Below are positions 40,681 to 54,291 of a stretch of DNA of 64,000 nucleotides, piece after piece (positions within the stretch are counted from its first letter, which is position 1; every line of letters begins with the position of its first letter). Origin of the DNA: the human T2T-CHM13v2.0 reference genome, Homo sapiens; assembly GCF_009914755.1 (NCBI RefSeq), contig NC_060942.1; one strand, 5' to 3'. The translations under genes were made by a program, and so were the position numbers. The notes below the pieces were generated by a model that had not been told where the DNA came from, did not search any database, and worked only from the letters and a program-made list of their open reading frames with translations.

Positions 40681-42196
40681 ACCATATTGCATTTTAGCAG
40701 CTCTTTGGTGAGCTAAGAACTCATACTGAAAATGTTAAATGAACAAACCATTAGTTTAAGAACTAAAGTATGAGGAAAAGCATAATTTATGGTTAAATTC
40801 TAGCTCTTGGGATATATGATTCTAAAAAGAGGAAAAACGCTTTATAAACTATGAAAAACATTGCATGAAGTTTTTATTGCTATGTCTTGGAATACAGTTA
40901 CTTATGATCCAGGTAACTGTGGATGAATTGAGTAGAAAATGGAGATTAAGAGAAACAAAACCAGCTGCAGATACTGACAGAACATCTATAATCATACATT
41001 TCCTTTGCCTGATGAGCCATTGGGCTGAGAGAGTTGGGTAAGGTCTGAGCTTGCAAAGATATCAAGTGGCTCAGCTAAGGGGGCAGAGAGCAAGGCAGGG
41101 CCAGACAGAAGCAGCTCCAGTTTCTGTATAGAAGGGGCTTAAGGGATATAGGCAAATTGGGGCTTGGAGTTGCTTTTGCAAATAACTTTTCCTATCTGTC
41201 ATCTGTGTCAAAGAATAGGGATAGGACAGTAGCCATGGAGTTAATTAACTCGTTTGGCGCAATGACTAAGGCCAGGCTAGTTGTCCTGTGTTGGGTTGAG
41301 AAAACCCACAGTCATTAAAAGCAAGTCAACCTCAACATCTATAGCTACTTTATTTTAAAATGAAGTTATTACTTCAAATCAAAAGTGCATAAAGAATTTC
41401 TGAAGAGTTTCTAAGCCAGAAAATTTCAGTTCAGGTTGGTTTGAAATCACAGGTAGTCTTTCAGTTTTCAATTTCATCAGAGGTGATGCTTCATAATTTG
41501 AACTTTTGATGCTGAAAATTGAACTGAAAATGAGACTCAAGACTCTCCTATAGTTCAACCATTCTGCCTTATTGGTATTATTATTATTATTATCACTAGG
41601 TTATCTTGTCCAAGGTGGAGAAGAAAGAGAGACCCAGTCTTTGCCTTTGAGATATACAACCACAATTCCAGGAAATACGTTTTTCAAATAGCCTGTGCAT
41701 GGTGGGGAGTGGGGTCTTCTATTGATTTGAGACATGGTCTTTTCCACACTCAGGCACAGAGTCTTTTTTGCTCAATTTCTACATTTTAAAATTCTTCCAG
41801 TGGAAAGAGAATCAACATAGCTCTTAAAGAGGGGACAACTGCATGGAATTCACAGAGCAAATTGCCTGATTTTATTTTAACCCTTGTACACAGGCAGGGT
41901 TGGGAATTTATTGGAAGACCTGTCTTTCTTGCTAACGTGTTAACATGATATTCCTCTTTGGTTAATACATTTAAGTATTTACAAAGGTCTCTGGAAAAAT
42001 AATGTGAAAAACTAGTTGCAACTCATGTTTACCCGGCCATGAGATGAATCTAGGATTTAAAAAAAAAAAAAGTATATCCTTAACTCATCTAAAAACTATA
42101 GACTAAAGAAAAAGACCCACAGTAAATATTTTCTATTTTAAAGTTAATATTAGTGACTACTATCTTTCTTTGTGTTGTCAGGTTCTCTCTCTCTGT

Positions 42197-42198
42197 GG

Positions 42199-42229
<31 letters not shown>
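42197..42229. repeat. (TG)n microsatellite
   Basis: Near-perfect TG run. Confidence 0.9.
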
Positions 42230-43335
42230 AGTAGTGCAACCTTCAAGATAAAGCTTTTTCTACCATCTTTGGTATACTTTTTAACTTGAGAAAAAATACT
42301 ACCAGCTTACAAAAAATTCAAGACTGCATCTAACTAATCACAGAAAGTTGTATAAAAGAGCTTAGCCCTAAAGCATATGTGGGTCATACTAAAGTAGATG
42401 CCAGGCAGGACCCTGGGCTCATTGTTCAGAGCCTGTTCATGTCATGTTGCTGTAGTCAGTGGGTTAGTGGGTTCACTCATAACATGCTACATATTGATAA
42501 TGTTGAATGGTATGTAATTTTTTTACCCTTATTGCTAATGTGAGACACTTCTGGTTTGACCGGTATCTGTGAGGGGCAATGAGAACGGTTCATTATTATC
42601 AAGTGAAAGACTTAAAAATATTGAAGCAGGGGTGCATCCCATGGGTCATGTCCTTCTCCACCCTTAGAGAGGTACCAAGTTTGCTGACTCCTTTCATACA
42701 TCAAGATAGTGGAGATTGGGGTGAGCAAATGGAGAAATCAGGACCAGTGATTTTGGAAAGAGGTTGAGGGAGGGGAAGAGTCAGGAGAAGATGATGCTCT
42801 TAAAGAGGGCTCTTGGGAAAGAGAAGAGAGATTTGGACTACTATGAGTGGGATTCTGAGAAGAAAAATGGGAAAACATAATCTTTAGTATTTGTGTGTGT
42901 GTGTGTGTATGTATGTCAATCAATTTGTATTTCCACTTTCTGAAGTCTTCAGAAAAGCTCCAATCAAAATTGCCTTTTGCCACTGTCAACAGCAGGAGAT
43001 GACCCAGTTTTATAAATGAAGGAGTGTTTATTCCACTTTACACCAAATGTTTTTGCCACTTGCCTTTCAAGCTTCCAGATTAGTTATTAAAAAGTTTCTT
43101 CAAATTATTCTCTGGTCTTGTTTAGCTATTAGGCAAAGGGTCCTGTAGCTTAGTGAAGGTCTGAGAGTGGGCACCTGGCCCAGATCTGGCTGATTGGACT
43201 AAAGAGAACTCTGTTGGAGGCTTCTGGAAGAGATGTTTTCTAATAGAAAGAGAGGGTTGTCTACAAAGAAACGGTTTCCTTCTGTCCTGGATGCCTCTTT
43301 GCTCCTGCTTTCTATGGTGTTGTGATGAACATGAC

Positions 43336-43709
43336 TGTATTAGTCCATTCTCATATTGCTATATAGAACTGCCCGGAACTGGGTAATTTATAAAGGAAAG
43401 AGGTTTAATTGACTCACAGTTAGGCATAGCTTGGAAGCCCTCAGGAAACTTACAACCATGGCAGAAGGTGAATGGGAAGCAAGACATCTTTTTCACAAGG
43501 TGGCAGGAAGGAAAAGTGCCAAGTGAAGGGGGGAGAGCCCCTTATAAAACCATCAGATCTCTTGAGAACTCACTCACTATCAGAAGAACAGCATGGGAGA
43601 AGCTCACTCATTATCAGAACAGCATGGGAGAAACCACTCAATTACCTCCATCTGGTCCCTCCCTTGACATGTAGGGATTATGAAGATTGCAATTCAAGAT
43701 GACATTTGA
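43336..43709 (-). mobile_element. THE1 (THE1D-like) solo LTR lacking its 5'-terminal ~25 bp, inside an older MLT1 LTR
   Basis: TGTATTAGTCCATTCTCA...CTGGGTAATTTATAAAGGAAAGAGGTTTAATTGACTCACAG; direct repeat ATGAC at 43331-43335 and 43710-43714. Confidence 0.88.
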
Positions 43710-44782
43710 ATGACCATGAAGTGGCCCTCCAGGGGTGGAAGGACAGCCTGCTGATGGTGGAATGGGAGGGCGGAAAGCCTTGGTCCTTTATGGCATTGTT
43801 GAGCTATTGAATTAGTTCCAGATTGTCTACTTTGGAGCACTGGTTCCAGTCTTCTAAGTGCTGTTTCTAATTGGTATACTTCTCTGTATTTCTTGGCTTT
43901 TGTTAATCAATAATAAATTCCCTTATGGTTAAGCTACTGACATTTAACTCCGACATGGAGCCAAAGGTGTTAGTAACTGGCACACAACACATTAGAAACT
44001 TTTGCCATTTGTAACCACTTCTTATGTGATCAAACAAAACAGAAATATATTGGAAATTAGAGCTTATAGAAAACTGCAACTGTTATCCATAACATTTAGT
44101 TTTCAATATCTGTGGTCATCAGAATCATCTGGCTTCATTGATTGACTTCATAATAGGCAAATATCACAAATGAAGTCAAATTATAAATTTTAGTTGGTAA
44201 AATTTTGCAATTTGCCTGTCTTACATTGGTTCCAATTAAGATTTCATTTGAAAAAAGCTAAAATAATTGAAAACCACAGCAAAAGCCAAAGGGAAGCAGG
44301 GTAGTTGAATTCATGTTTGTGTATATATGCATGTACTAATCACTGCATTCATCTGATCATTTAAATTCATTGAACCCCTCCTATGTGACATCGACTGTTC
44401 TGTGGGCTAGAGATTGAGAGCATAATAGAACACAGACTCTGACATCTATGTCAGGAACTCCATTTTGGTAAATGGCAACCACAATTCAGTAAGATGTTCA
44501 GGCTGAAAGCCATGTTGTCATTCTTGAATAGTATGTTTCTCACACATCCTATTTGTAATCCATCAGCAAAGCACTTTGAGTCTCCTTTTACAGCACTACC
44601 TGACTCTAACCTCTTTTCATGTTCTTCATTATCCTCACCCTAGTTCCAGCCAACATCATCTTCCACACTTATCCTTCTCTATGGTTTCTTCCCATATGGT
44701 AGCCAGAATGATTTAAAAAAAAGAACATAAAGGAGGTCATGACATTCTGTTCTTTTTAGCTCTTCCATGGCTGTGTAGTACT

Positions 44783-46466
<1,684 letters not shown>

Positions 46467-46838
46467 ATGGCTGTATATTACTATTTAAAAAATCCAAATT
46501 CCTGTTCCTCGCATATGAAGTTTCTTTATGATCCAGCACCAATTCTCTCCCAACATAATTTTCTACCCTGCTGTTTCTCGTTGAATTCAGTCCAAGCATT
46601 CTGGCCTCCTTGGTGTTTGCTGCACACCCCAGCTATGTTTCCTCCTTAGTAACCTCGCCCTTGCTGATCACCTAATTCAGGTCTCTGCTCAAAGTTACCC
46701 CAGGGAGGTTTTCCCCTGACTCATTTATATTCTTCTCTATCACCTTACACTGTATTGTATATCTATTAGTTTGTAATCTACCTCCTTCACTTGAACATCA
46801 ACTCCATGACTGCAAGGACTTCACTGTTCTGATGAATC

Positions 46839-46884
46839 TGGATAGATGGGTGGATGGATGGATGGGTGGATGGATGGATGGATG
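46839..46884. repeat. (GGAT)n microsatellite
   Basis: Imperfect GGAT/GGGT array. Confidence 0.9.
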
Positions 46885-47479
46885 AGCTCTGGGTGAGTTG
46901 CTCCATTCTTTTCAGTCCTGATTCTTCCCTGACTGGTGATGTCTTCTGGACCAGTTTTTTTTTTTTCCTCTGTGCCTCTGTATTTGCATCTGTGAAATAA
47001 GCGGAAATTTCAAGCCGTGGGGTGGGGAGATTTTTAATGGCAGGCCTGTTGGTTCGCTTCCTTTCCCACTGCTTGGGTGGCTTTCTACTTCATGCATCAG
47101 GCCAGCCGGTTGCCAGGCAGGATAGGAAGCTGGACTATGAGCAAGTGCTGACTAATGCAGGCATCTCTCACCTTATCTCTGAGACGAAAAGCCAGCTCAG
47201 TCAGCCTGGGGCAAACAAACACATAGAGTCAGCAAAGACCTCTTCTGGGCTTGCATCTTTCTGGCACCCTTCCTACTCCTGTTGACCCATTTCCTACCAG
47301 GAACATAATGCAATCCTGATACCGTGTGCTTTCATCCTAAGAGGGTGGATTACAAAATTTAACTCATCCACAACTATCCAGTAAATATTTATTCCTCTTT
47401 CAGGCATCTTTGCATGGATTTCACAAAGAGCAGTCTATTCTCACCCTAAAACCATACACTCCTTTTGTCCAGGTCCAGC

Positions 47480-47650
47480 TCCTTCACAGCTGTGTGTTAG
47501 GGCAGGTGTCTCTACCTTTCTGAGCCTCAGTTCTTTCCTCTGTAAGATGTGAACACTAAGACTCATCTCATGTCATTGCAATGACAGTTAAATAAAGTTA
47601 CAAGTAGAAGGTACCTGACACAATGCATACAGCAGCCCCACAATAAGAAA
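47480..47650 (+). mobile_element. MIR
   Basis: CTTTCTGAGCCTCAGTTCTTTCCTCTGTAAGATG core. Confidence 0.65.
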
Positions 47651-49118
47651 AGACTGCAGAGAGAAGGCAGTGGATAACTCAGTGAGATTTTGGTTCACCT
47701 TGACTTTCTAGAATCCTTTAAATTTCCTCTGTATGCTATTTCTGTTTAAATAAATAGCCAATCTTGCTTATGAGCACAGAATTGGGAAGTGCTAGAACTG
47801 AGGCTGAGATAAATCGGAAACAATAGTTAAAAACATTAATGCATTCACAAACCTGGACCCATTTCAGCAGAGCCTGTAGCCTGCACACTGTTGGCCATTA
47901 GAAAAGCTGCTGGGCCCACAGCCTGGCTTCTTTCCCCCACTACCTGTGATGCTTTCCCTCCAGGGTGGGGCGAGCCTGCTGGAGAGTGGGGGCTGGCCTG
48001 GACTACACGTCCCTAATCTGTAATCCTAGCCTGGCTCTGGAGGAGGGGACTCCCCTCTTTCCATCCCCAAATGGCAGGGATGAGGATGGAGGTGGGAGTC
48101 CAGCTTGGTCATTCATGATGACGTGTACCAAGCCTGTGAGAAATGGAACAGAATGAACACACACAGATTGTCCTTCATGGAGCTCCGCTCTTCCTTATAT
48201 TTCATGGTTTGAGCTCCTTTGTGCCGGTGTGAGGTGGGGTGGTTTGGGGCTTCTGCCAGGAAACAGGTGGAGTCTTGCCAACACCTCTGCTGGATGCTGG
48301 AGTTTGCCGGCAGAGGAAAACCTGTGTTGAAAGGCCAGAAATCTGCCGTTTCCTGTATGTGGGTGAGCAAAGTAGTTTTGTTTACCTGGAGAACTAGTTT
48401 TAGAGTCCATGGCAACCACAGTTTTTGGGGCAGAGTTACTCTGAGATGTCCAGTCAGACCAAGGGCTGGGAAGTCCCTGGATCTCCCAGAAAGGGAGGCT
48501 GGCTTCTGGGCCAGGATGAGCAGTCTGGATTCCAGCCAAGGGGAGAAAGGAGAGAAGTCAAAAAGGAGGCTGAGGTGTCAAACTGATTTCCCCCTTGGGG
48601 CTTTTGCCTGTCTTCTCTCCGCAGTGCTCGCCCTCCTCCACGTGCATGGCTTCCTCTTCCCTCTGGTCTTGCCCTCAGTGCACCTTATCCCTGAAGCTTG
48701 GCTGGAGCCCCTCCTTCCTGACATCCAGTGCCCTCCACTTCCTATCTCTACAGTGTCCCCAAGTGTTTCCTTCTATATTCAATGGGCCTATGGAGGTCTA
48801 AGTCAGTATCTGGCAAATAAAGAATAACTTTGATCCGATTAATTTCCCAATTCATCAATGTATCTACTTTGTAATCAATTTCCAGAATATAACAAAGCTG
48901 TCTTAATTCAACATAGACTGTAAAAACTAAGTAATTCATGGGCTAAAGCTTTCATTTGGCAAAAAGAACATTAAGATGGGGGCCTGGGAAATGTGTCCTC
49001 CTCTTGTTGTAAACAAATGCTGCTTATCTTCGGGTATAGAATTCTCACTCAAGGCATATCTGTGTGGTTAAATGTGGGCCACTTTCGTAAAGTTATTATA
49101 CATTTAGTGTGAAAGGAG

Positions 49119-49229
49119 TTACAATCATCATTTTACTTGAAGCCTCCCCCAAGCGAATGATGAAGCCCATTATTTACAATCATCATTTTACTTGAAGCCT
49201 CTCCCAAGCGAATGATGAAGCCCATTATT
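49119..49229. repeat. 55-bp tandem duplication with one substitution
   Basis: TTACAATCATCATTTTACTTGAAGCCTC(C/T)CCCAAGCGAATGATGAAGCCCATTAT at 49119 and 49174. Confidence 0.95.
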
Positions 49230-49483
49230 AGCGGGACAAGATTAACTTATTTTTACAAGAAACATATGGCAAGCTTAGATGGAGTGAAAACTTCTCGCTT
49301 TAACCACCCATGTGTGTTTATAATTAAAGAATTTTAAAAAGAAATGCTGTAGAAATGTTAATTGCTGAATCTGTATGTTTTACCAGGCTGGGACAATTTC
49401 TAAACACAGTAATCATATTAATCATGGCAAGATTGTTCCGGTTTGGTAGAGAAGGAAAGCAGTCAAACTGGCCACACAACTAG

Positions 49484-49840
<357 letters not shown>

Positions 49841-50899
49841 CCATTGATCATTATTGATCACCTACCATGCCAGACATTTTCTAGGGGTTAGGAATTTAGC
49901 AGGGACAACAGAGATAAACCTGCCTGCCCTCATGGAACTTTTATTCCAGTGGGGGAGACAGACAATAACAAAATAAATAAAGTATACAATATATTAGAAG
50001 GCGACATGCACCATGGAAAAAAGCAGCAGAAATGGGGGTGGAGTATGCACTTTAAAATGGGCCCATCAGGGTGGCACTTAGGTGACATTCAGGCAAATAT
50101 TAAGAGGTCAGGGGGAGGGGCACGATAAGCAGAGGGAAAGGCCAGTGCGAGGGTCCAGGTGTTTTGAAGAAGAGCAAGGAGACCAGTGTTTCTGGATGGC
50201 AGTGAGCCAGGGGACGGGGTGGGAGGGTTGGGGGTAGGAAATGAGTCAGGGAGGGAAGGGGTGCTGAGCACCGAGGGCCTACATCCAGTGGAATAATCTA
50301 TGTGCTTTATTCCAAGTGAAATGTGAAGCTAACCCAAGGTTTCACAGAGGAGCTACATGATCTGACTCACAGTTTTAAAAGATTCCTGGAATGAATCATT
50401 TGACAACCTGCGTTAGTTTGGCCAAAACACCCAAGTCAAAAAAAAAAAAAAGGCTTGCAGGCAAGGTCACCCCTAGGTGTAGTGGGGAGTCAGATGCAGA
50501 TTCCTGTACATGACACTAACACTACCACCCCTTAAAACCTCTGTGTTTTACTCTCAGGAATGTCAAAAGTTAAAATCAAGGGTGAAGGGGTTACAAGCTC
50601 TGGAACTATTTCTGCTCCAAGAGGCCCAAATTCCTCACCTTCCTTTTTTAAACTTCCCTGATTGAAGGAAGAAGGTGGAACTGGGGGGTGGGTCAGGGGA
50701 GCTCAAGCTGGAATCTTCATGCTGATGTCCTGCCAGGATGCTCCTGGTCACAGCAGACCTCACCCTAGAGGATCTTATGCTAAGATTGCCTGAGTCACCC
50801 TTCTCTTCTAAATGTTTGGTATTGATGCCATTATTTATTTCATGGCCTGTGAGCAGGCCTTTTTATACAACCTGGGGCACTTTGTCTAACATGGGATGT

Positions 50900-52450
50900 T
50901 TGAATTATTTTAAAGTTTGAGAAACAGCCAGGGAGGTGTGGTTTGGATGCAACATGGACTCTCTGGGGTTTTTGATTTGTCATGATGAAAATAAGGCAAC
51001 AATTCTTGGACCAGACTTTTCCAACAAGTGGGAACAGGACAACGTTGGATGTCATCAGTGAAGCAGAAGTATCCAAAGGCTTAGGGAGAACAGATTGTAG
51101 GAGACTGGCTCACACACTCCCTAACTGCTTCCCCACAGAGGGCCCAGAGGCCACTCCCTTTCCCAAGGCTGCTGAGACACACTTGTGAGAGGAAGCCCAG
51201 CATCCTTGAGTAGCTCTGTAGTGCGCCAGGAGTGGCACTGGGCATGGCTGCCATTGGATAGGACTCTGACTTTAGTGGTGATGATGAGAGGGGCTGGCAG
51301 GGACCAAGGGGCGCTATTTAATTATCAAAGACAAGATGGGTGTGGCTATTGTAAAGGTTATCAGAGCTGAAGTAGTCATCAGAATAGTATTGAGGAGAGC
51401 AAAAACCACCTGGTGACCATCAAGTAGGCTACCTGGAGCCAAAAGACTCCTTATTTGAGGAATTTAGAAGTAATTAGACCTCTCTATTATCTGAAGTCCG
51501 AAACTGGTTCCAGGCCTCTTTTCAACTTAAAATTTATAAGTAACTAGAATTTTCATACATCTCCAGAATCCATGCATGCTGAAATTCATTGTGCAACTCT
51601 TGCTGACATTAAGGCACCAAAATGTCTACAAATGAAATCATTTATCATGCAAACTACCATTTAGCTCCCACTTTAAGGTCCATAAATACCCTTAAGGAAA
51701 AATCCACCGGCTTGCTCTGTCCTGTCTCGCTGAGGAGCCCCGCTGTCCTCTTCTGCAGCATTCTTTCTTTTTAATAAAACTTTCCTTCTTCAAACCTATA
51801 CTGTCATCAGTAAATTCTCTTATCAACCCGTGAGATGACCACTTTCTGATGCTAGGGCTCTGAAACCTCGCCCAGCAAGTATGACCCACAGAAATCACTG
51901 TCTTGGCTGTTGATCATGATATTCCTTGAGCAGAAATAGATGGCCAGACTAAAGCAATCTCACCTGTTTTGCATAGATGGAAAAGCTCTAGATCTGGCTA
52001 GTGGAATCACCACAATAGTAGGTCCTAGCCCCTCACCCAATTCCTAGCTTTGAACCAGTTTGTAGACTCAGTGCCTCTGGGAAAGAGAGGAGGACCAGTC
52101 TCCTTAAGGAGATCTTGCGACATAGCCAACAATGTACACTGTCAATTGTCCTCCCAATCTTCCCACAGGGACCTGTGGCTGTTTATTAGGGTGACTGTTA
52201 ATGAGGGAAGGGGATATAACCAGACTTTGGGGGAACTGCTGGACACTGGAGACCCCAAACTCTGCTACTCTCACTACTGTCTGCCAGTTATGTGACCATT
52301 GGAGTTTGGCTCTGGTTCCTCTCAGTGTAACTAAAGTGTTCTGCAGATCTACTCTGGTTATTTCTCCAGTTTCAGAAGTCAGAGTTGGAAAATAAATGTT
52401 ATCAGTGTGGGCAGAGGTCCCACACTGCTTAGAACTCTTTAGCCTGTCAT
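50900..52450 (+). mobile_element. Ancient ERV-L class internal relic (gag C-terminal part and protease)
   Basis: Colinear peptide fragments EGPEATPFPKA, RGSPASLSSSVV, YQRQDGCGYC, RDLWLFIRVTV..GRG..QT...LLDTG and LVISPVSE resemble ERV-L Gag/Pro as I recall them. Confidence 0.72.
51391..51877 (+). mobile_element. Complete ERV1-class solo LTR (LTR24-like; family uncertain)
   Basis: TG...CA termini, perfect TSD AGTAT (51386-51390, 51878-51882), CATAAATA box at 51681-51688, AATAAA at 51773-51778. Confidence 0.85.
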
Positions 52451-52789
52451 CTTTCAGGTTCCCAAGTGCTGAGTGAGTGTCCAGTGCTCAGGGTACTTCC
52501 CATACACAGTTGGTCACACACAGACAGTGATGTCTGAGGGGCTGTGTGTGAAGAGTTAAACCCACTCTGGTTGTCTGGCTGCTTGCCCGTGGGGCCTAGC
52601 ATGCTACACAACTGAGGCTGAGGCAGGGACTCTGTTGTAGACCAGAGCAGGCAGCAAAGGGCAGGGAAGAGAAAACCAGTCTCAGTTCTGCCATCACTTC
52701 CACGTGGCTTACTGGGCACATCCCTTTGTCTTTCTGAACCTTGGTTTGCTCATCTCTAAGAAGAGAAGTCGGGTTTGAAGTCACTCGTT

Positions 52790-52950
52790 CTTTGGCTGCA
52801 TATTGGAGTCACTCAGGGAACTTAAAAAGGACGAATACTTAAGTCCTATGCTAGAGATTTTGATTTAATTGGTCTGGGGTGGGGGCTAAGCACTGATGTT
52901 TTTACATCTCCTCTGGTGATTCAGATGTGCATTCAGGGGTGAGCCCTGCT
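52790..52950. mobile_element. MER5A-like hAT-Charlie element
   Basis: TTGGCTGCATATTGGAGTCAC...AGAGATTTTGATTTAATTGGTCTGGGGTGGGG...GGTGATTC. Confidence 0.75.
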
Positions 52951-53187
52951 GGCCGAAGTCTTCCCTGAGGTCTCTTCCAGCTTCCAGCTTCGACGGGAGG
53001 AGTTTACAAGATATTCCTTCACTGAGAGAGAGACAGTCTGACACATATGAAGTTAAAGTTACAAAGAGCCTTTGGAGGTGAAAAACCTGAAAACCTCTGT
53101 TTCTAAAATTAAAACCTGCCACCGTTGTTCTCTGTGGGAAAAATTTGACTGGTCAGAGCACAGGGAAGCTGGGTTGAGGAATGGTCC

Positions 53188-53543
53188 TGCTATGGTCTGG
53201 ATGTTGGTATCTCTCACAATTTATATGTTGGAATCTAATAACCAGTGTGATGGTATTAATAGGTGGGGCATGTGGGAAGGGACTAAGTCGTAAGGGCTCC
53301 ACCCTGGTGAATGGGATTAGTGCCCTTATAAAAGAGGCTTGAGCAAGCCCCACTCCCCCTGCACCATGTGAGGGCACACAGAAGGCACCACCTATGAGGA
53401 ACAGGCCTTTACCACACACCAAATTTGCTGATGTCTTGATCTTGGACTTGCCAGCCCTGAGAACTGTTAGCAATAAATTTCTATGGTTTATAACTTACTC
53501 AGCTTAAGGTATTTTGTTATAGCAGCCTAAGCAGACTAAGATA
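53188..53543 (+). mobile_element. MLT1A/MSTD-like solo LTR
   Basis: TGCTATGGTCTG...GGGATTAGTGCCCTTATAAAAGAGG...TTGTTATAGCAGCC...ACTAAGATA; TSD GGTCC/AGTCC. Confidence 0.85.
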
Positions 53544-53579
53544 AGTCCAAATCAGTGTTTGGCTGCTCAAAGATTTGTT

Positions 53580-53837
53580 CATAGCATTTGCCTGTGTTCT
53601 AGACATAGGTCAAAATCTGCCCTTGGGTTTAATTTGCATCTTGCCATACCCCTGATATTATAGATTCAGAAAGATACCCATCCCTTCTGCTTACTGATGG
53701 ATGCTCTAACACATAGCATGTGCCTGTGTTCTAGACATAGGTCGAAATCTGCCCTTGGGTTTAATCTGCATCTTGCCATACCACTGATATTATATTATAG
53801 ATTCAGAAAGATTCTGCTTACTGATGGATGCTCTAAC
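53580..53837. repeat. ~132-bp diverged tandem duplication
   Basis: CATAGCAT.TGCCTGTGTTCTAGACATAGGTC... starts at 53580 and 53712; both copies end CTGATGGATGCTCTAAC. Confidence 0.93.
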
Positions 53838-54272
53838 TTCTGTGTCTTATTCCTGCCTTCATCTTTAGCTAGCCTTTGATAAATGGTTGTTCCTATTCTG
53901 GGAATGGTAGAATTGGTTCTGGCTTCTGAGCCTGACTTAAACACACACTAGCTGTGTGCCCTTGAAGAGGTACCTTTTTCTTCCCGGCATCAATTTCCTC
54001 ATCTGTTAAACCTATGGCCCCAAGGTATCTTCTGGATAAAATGCTCTATGCTAATGCAATGTTATGAAACTCCGCTGATCCATCCAGAGTAGAAAGCTGA
54101 GCTGTCTTCCTGAAGCAAAATGGAGCCCAGACTTTTGCAAACTGATTATTCTCACAGGTACCAGAGGTGGATTTGTGGGGAGCATCTTTCCAACTTAGTC
54201 CACCCCAAAAGAACTGTCTCTTTCCACCTAGCCCAGTCAACAATGAACCCAGCTTTGAAGCACTTGGAGCAA

Positions 54273-54291
54273 AGGCTGCTAGATGGCGCTG
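54273..54291 (+). promoter_or_regulatory. Candidate CTCF-binding site
   Basis: AGGCTGCTAGATGGCGCTG aligns without gaps to the CTCF core CC(A/G)C(C/T)AG(A/G)(G/T)GGCGC with its CpG retained; one core deviation (second C is T). Confidence 0.65.

Noticed and set aside
48219-48827. Longest ORF in the window (202 aa)
   Set aside because: Non-ATG start, no recognisable domain, no supporting exon structure; compatible with a chance ORF in locally GC-richer DNA.
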